Assembly: GCA_963796105.1 (NCBI GenBank)
Contig: CAWCKJ010000003.1
Location: forward strand, 672,001-736,000
Direction of reading: 5' to 3'
Length of the DNA: 64,000 bases
Origin: a candidate division FCPU426 bacterium
Lineage (GTDB): Bacteria > Oederibacteriota > Muellerivitia > Muellerivitales > Muellerivitaceae
Of this stretch, positions 61,296 to 64,000 are shown in pieces. The notes under the pieces are model-generated. The model saw only the letters and a list, made by a program, of their open reading frames with translations, was not told the origin of the DNA and made no database searches. Both the position numbers and the translations under genes were made by a program. Position 1 is the stretch's first letter. Every line of letters starts with the position of its first letter.

Positions 61296-62054
61296 TTACT
61301 TACCCCTGCTAGCCGGAACAGCTCCCGCTGGGATACTGTTGTTCCCGCCCATAAAATTCTGTCCGTTCCCGGGAAGCGAGGCCAAATACTTGGCGATGAC
61401 GTCCTCGTTCGGCTTGATGTTAAATTGTGCCCGGGCTTGTTTCGAGTAGTCCTCCATTTGGACCCTCGATTGAATCTGGGATTTGACCTGGGCGTAAGGA
61501 GGCATATTCTGCCCTCGCTGTTTGGCCTGGGCGGCAACCCGGTCGTACCAATCCTTTGCTTCCTTCTCGCTCACGATCACTTTTTGCGCTTGGCTGGCGC
61601 TGTATTGGCGGGCCAGTAATTCTTTCTTGTACATGTCCCGGTAGGTCTTCTGTATCCGCTGGATGCTTGCCAGCTTCTTTTCCAGGTTTTCCTTCATGTT
61701 TTTTATCTGGGAGTCCAGTTTTGACAAATCCGAATTCATCGTTTCATCGAGGGATGGGTCCGAGTAATGGGCCTGTTGGGCGGCCTCGCAATAAACCTCC
61801 CGGTCGATCGCGGCGTCCAGCATATTCCTCACCTGTGTCGGGTTATTGGGATCTAGGGAAGCCATGAAGATACCCGCCATATCCATTTCTCCCATCCAAT
61901 CGCCGAAGGTGATCTTATGGTCGCCCACGAGGGCCACCACCTCTCCATTGGAAATACCCGAGGGATTGCTGTATTTGGAGCAGGACCAACCCATCATCAA
62001 AAATACAAATCCCGCGGCGGCGCCAAGAAACAGGTACTTTGATCGAAATGACAT
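61296..62054 (-). CDS. SurA/PrsA N-terminal-domain-like lipoprotein without an obvious PPIase domain
   Basis: Lipobox-like GWSC; VVALVGDHKIT, LDAAIDRE, VSEKEAKDWY, PYAQVKSQI; start set at ATG 62054. Confidence 0.6.
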   Translation of the reverse strand: MSFRSKYLFLGAAAGFVFLMMGWSCSKYSNPSGISNGEVVALVGDHKITFGDWMGEMDMAGIFMASLDPNNPTQVRNMLDAAIDREVYCEAAQQAHYSDPSLDETMNSDLSKLDSQIKNMKENLEKKLASIQRIQKTYRDMYKKELLARQYSASQAQKVIVSEKEAKDWYDRVAAQAKQRGQNMPPYAQVKSQIQSRVQMEDYSKQARAQFNIKPNEDVIAKYLASLPGNGQNFMGGNNSIPAGAVPASRGK

Positions 62055-62213
62055 AAAATTCCCCCATTCAACGATTTTTGAAAAGAACTGCAAAATGAAG
62101 TCAGCATAATAACACGGCCTATCTTTTAATGGCCGAAAAGCCGTCATTTAAAGCTTCATAAACGGCTGGCATGGATAAAAGCTCAATGTTACTTAGGTGG
62201 AGGTACCCAGGCT

Positions 62214-62545
62214 TTTGCGGGCAGGACTACCGGAACCTGCGGGCAGGACCCCAAAACCTGCGGGCAGGACCACCGGAACCTGCGGGCAGGACCACCGACA
62301 CCTGCTCCTAGGAGTTCCAGATTCTTCTCCTAGGACTCCGGAAACCTGTTCCTAGGACTCTGGCACCTGCTCCTAGGACTCCGGAAACCTGCTCCTAGGA
62401 CCTCCGGATTCTGTTCCTAGGACTCCCGAAACCTGCTCCTAGGACCCCCGGAATCTGCTCCTAGAACTATCGGAACCTGCTCCTAGAACTCGTGGCTTCT
62501 GCGGGCAGGATTACAGTCATCTGCGGAAAGGGCCACCGGATCTGC
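62214..62545. repeat. Array of about 15 units of 21-22 bp with two core types
   Basis: Cores TGCGGGCAGGA (x5) and TGCTCCTAGGA-like (x9) plus one degenerate unit, separated by 10-11-nt semi-variable linkers. Confidence 0.9.
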
Positions 62546-62644
62546 AAATCGGAGACTCCATCCATACGGGTAGAGGGCCAATATGGGTATTTTAAAAGGG
62601 GAAGATCAAAACAGGACCGGCTGAAAGAACGGCGTGGATTTACC

Positions 62645-62835
62645 CACCAATCAACCACACCTGCCGTGAGCCCACATGGCGAACGGCAAGATTTGGTTGT
62701 ACCAACTGCCATAAGCAGTTGGTACAAGTTGATTGGTGACGGTTGATAATGGCTTGCAAATGGCCTTACGAATAGCTTTCCATAAACCATTTGTAGTGTC
62801 GGGCGAATTACCCGACCAATTGGAATGCAATTGGT
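62645..62835 (+). ncRNA. Candidate multi-stem structured RNA
   Basis: Perfect 11-bp and 13-bp stems plus four shorter stems; one G-U pair favours the + strand. Confidence 0.5.
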
Positions 62836-62941
62836 ATGCGGGAAGTTCAATAGTGGGCGACGGGAATGAAATGGATTAATTGCCTAAAGTGACGAATGAT
62901 GGCCAGACCCCATTGTTTTACTGGAATACGGAGACCTCTTC

Positions 62942-63121
62942 GTGGCCGTCTACTTCGAGGGTGAAATCATCAAGGGGAAGCCAAAGCTCGCCCGCAAGCC
63001 CTACACCATTGTTTTTGGTCGTGAGGACGTTTTGCGTTTGGTCGAGTTCGAGGAAGGCTTACGCCATTACCCACTGAAAACCGTGCATGAGGTCATCAAA
63101 AGAAAGCGCCATCCGCGCTAG
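62942..63121 (+). CDS. Small basic hypothetical protein (59 aa, below the ORF-track cut-off)
   Basis: GGAG 8 nt before a GTG; reads MAVYFEGEIIKGKPKLARKPYTIVFGREDVLRLVEFEEGLRHYPLKTVHEVIKRKRHPR. Confidence 0.45.
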   Translation: MAVYFEGEIIKGKPKLARKPYTIVFGREDVLRLVEFEEGLRHYPLKTVHEVIKRKRHPR

Positions 63122-63129
63122 ATACACCG

Positions 63130-63468
63130 TCACCGGATCGGGATGGACTTCGAGAGGGTGTTGAGTTGGTCGTTGAGTTGGGCCACCTGGGTGTCGGTCA
63201 GGGTCTTCGAGTTGTTCGCCTTGAGGTCGACGGATTCCTGCTTATGGATTGCATCGACCTGGGCCTTCAAGGTCTTGGCCTGGGCTTTGGTCAGCTTGCC
63301 CGCCTTTACTTCCTTCTGAATTTGGATGTTCTGCTGGCGTAGCCGGATGGTCAGACGATTCATGGGAGTATTCGGTAGAACCTTGGGCACGGTGGGCGTT
63401 GGCATTCCCGCCCCAAGGGCCGCGCCTTGGGCCATGACCAACATGAGAACCAACGCCAAGCACTTCAT
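63130..63468 (-). CDS. Small secreted helical protein
   Basis: Signal MKCLALVLMLVMAQGAALG; RIQ/GKLT-type helical repeat (QIQKEVKAGKLTKAQA); ATGA overlap with the upstream gene. Confidence 0.7.
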   Translation of the reverse strand: MKCLALVLMLVMAQGAALGAGMPTPTVPKVLPNTPMNRLTIRLRQQNIQIQKEVKAGKLTKAQAKTLKAQVDAIHKQESVDLKANNSKTLTDTQVAQLNDQLNTLSKSIPIR

Positions 63469-64000
63469 TTGAAGAACCTTTTCATCCAACCAGAAAACCC
63501 ATCCGCCGCCTCACCGTCACTGGAATATATTCTTCTGAAGAAAAAAACTTGTCCATTGTAGTAATAAGCCAACTCCCTGTTGATAGTCAGTTCAAAACAA
63601 CTTACGTAATGATCCTTTTCAGATGAAATATTGAGCAAATAAGCAGAAGGCCAATCCTCTTCTTTCTTAGGACCGTCTTTCCACAAAGCTAAATAATTCA
63701 AATCATCGTAATCCGCTTTGTCCTCAGCGTAGTCACCGATGAATAACTTCACTTTCTTCCATTCGTAGGTAGCATTTTTGATAACGTCTTTTGGAAAACA
63801 CAAAAAACTTTGAGAGTTTTTCCGAGAAAATTTCAAGCAGCCTTTTTCAAAATCAATTTTTTCACCGATTGCCTTTTTAGCATCCGACGACCCACCACCC
63901 TCAACCTCACCCTCGAAATATCGATAACACATCCACACGCCATAAAGATTGATAGGCGGTTTCGCAGTCTCCGCATAGCAACACCCGGCCAAAAGAAAAC
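63465..64000 (-). CDS. Hypothetical lipoprotein, 5' end beyond the window
   Basis: Frame is open to the window edge and reads FLLAGCC (lipobox-like). Confidence 0.55.
   Translation of the reverse strand, partial: FLLAGCCYAETAKPPINLYGVWMCYRYFEGEVEGGGSSDAKKAIGEKIDFEKGCLKFSRKNSQSFLCFPKDVIKNATYEWKKVKLFIGDYAEDKADYDDLNYLALWKDGPKKEEDWPSAYLLNISSEKDHYVSCFELTINRELAYYYNGQVFFFRRIYSSDGEAADGFSGWMKRFFK

Noticed and set aside
62214..62545. CRISPR array
   Set aside because: Cores and linkers (about 11 nt each) are far too short, linkers resemble each other, and there are no cas genes.
62467..63077. ORFs 62467-62850 (-), 62492-62746 (+) and 62880-63077 (+)
   Set aside because: No motifs or convincing RBS; they cross the repeat array, the structured region or the better 62942 frame.

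Overview
Chromosomal window from a diderm bacterium (LptD, LptF/G, outer-membrane barrels); the lineage cannot be fixed from the sequence. Core content: a split tetrapyrrole cluster (ccsA-like, hemA, hemC, then hemD, hemB), an 11-subunit complex I-like nuoABCDHIJKLMN operon with no nuoEFG, a polyprenyl synthase, a Crp/Fnr regulator, uvrA, lptD and lptF/G, and a PhoB/PhoR-like pair. Less ordinary content: (1) three secreted proteins (one a GH5) with Thr-alternating stalks and related FlgD/T9SS-CTD-like C-termini, plus two PorV/UPF0164-like barrels and two GT-C-type membrane proteins, suggesting a T9SS-like surface-display and glycosylation system; (2) ppx followed by two coupled thymidylate-kinase-fold genes behind Pho-box-like repeats, a candidate heteromeric polyphosphate kinase; (3) a complete IS1595-family element with 8-bp TSD inserted in the last codons of uvrA; (4) a hicBA module bracketed by inverted REP-like repeats, with its gene overlap split by three identical 76-bp units, each an open mini-ORF; (5) a non-coding array of about 15 x 21-22-bp units next to a multi-stem RNA candidate and a 59-aa ORF; (6) a second structured-RNA candidate upstream of lptF and nested REP-like repeats. 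No rRNA, tRNA or CRISPR array was recognised. All family calls come from motif recognition by eye, not database searches.
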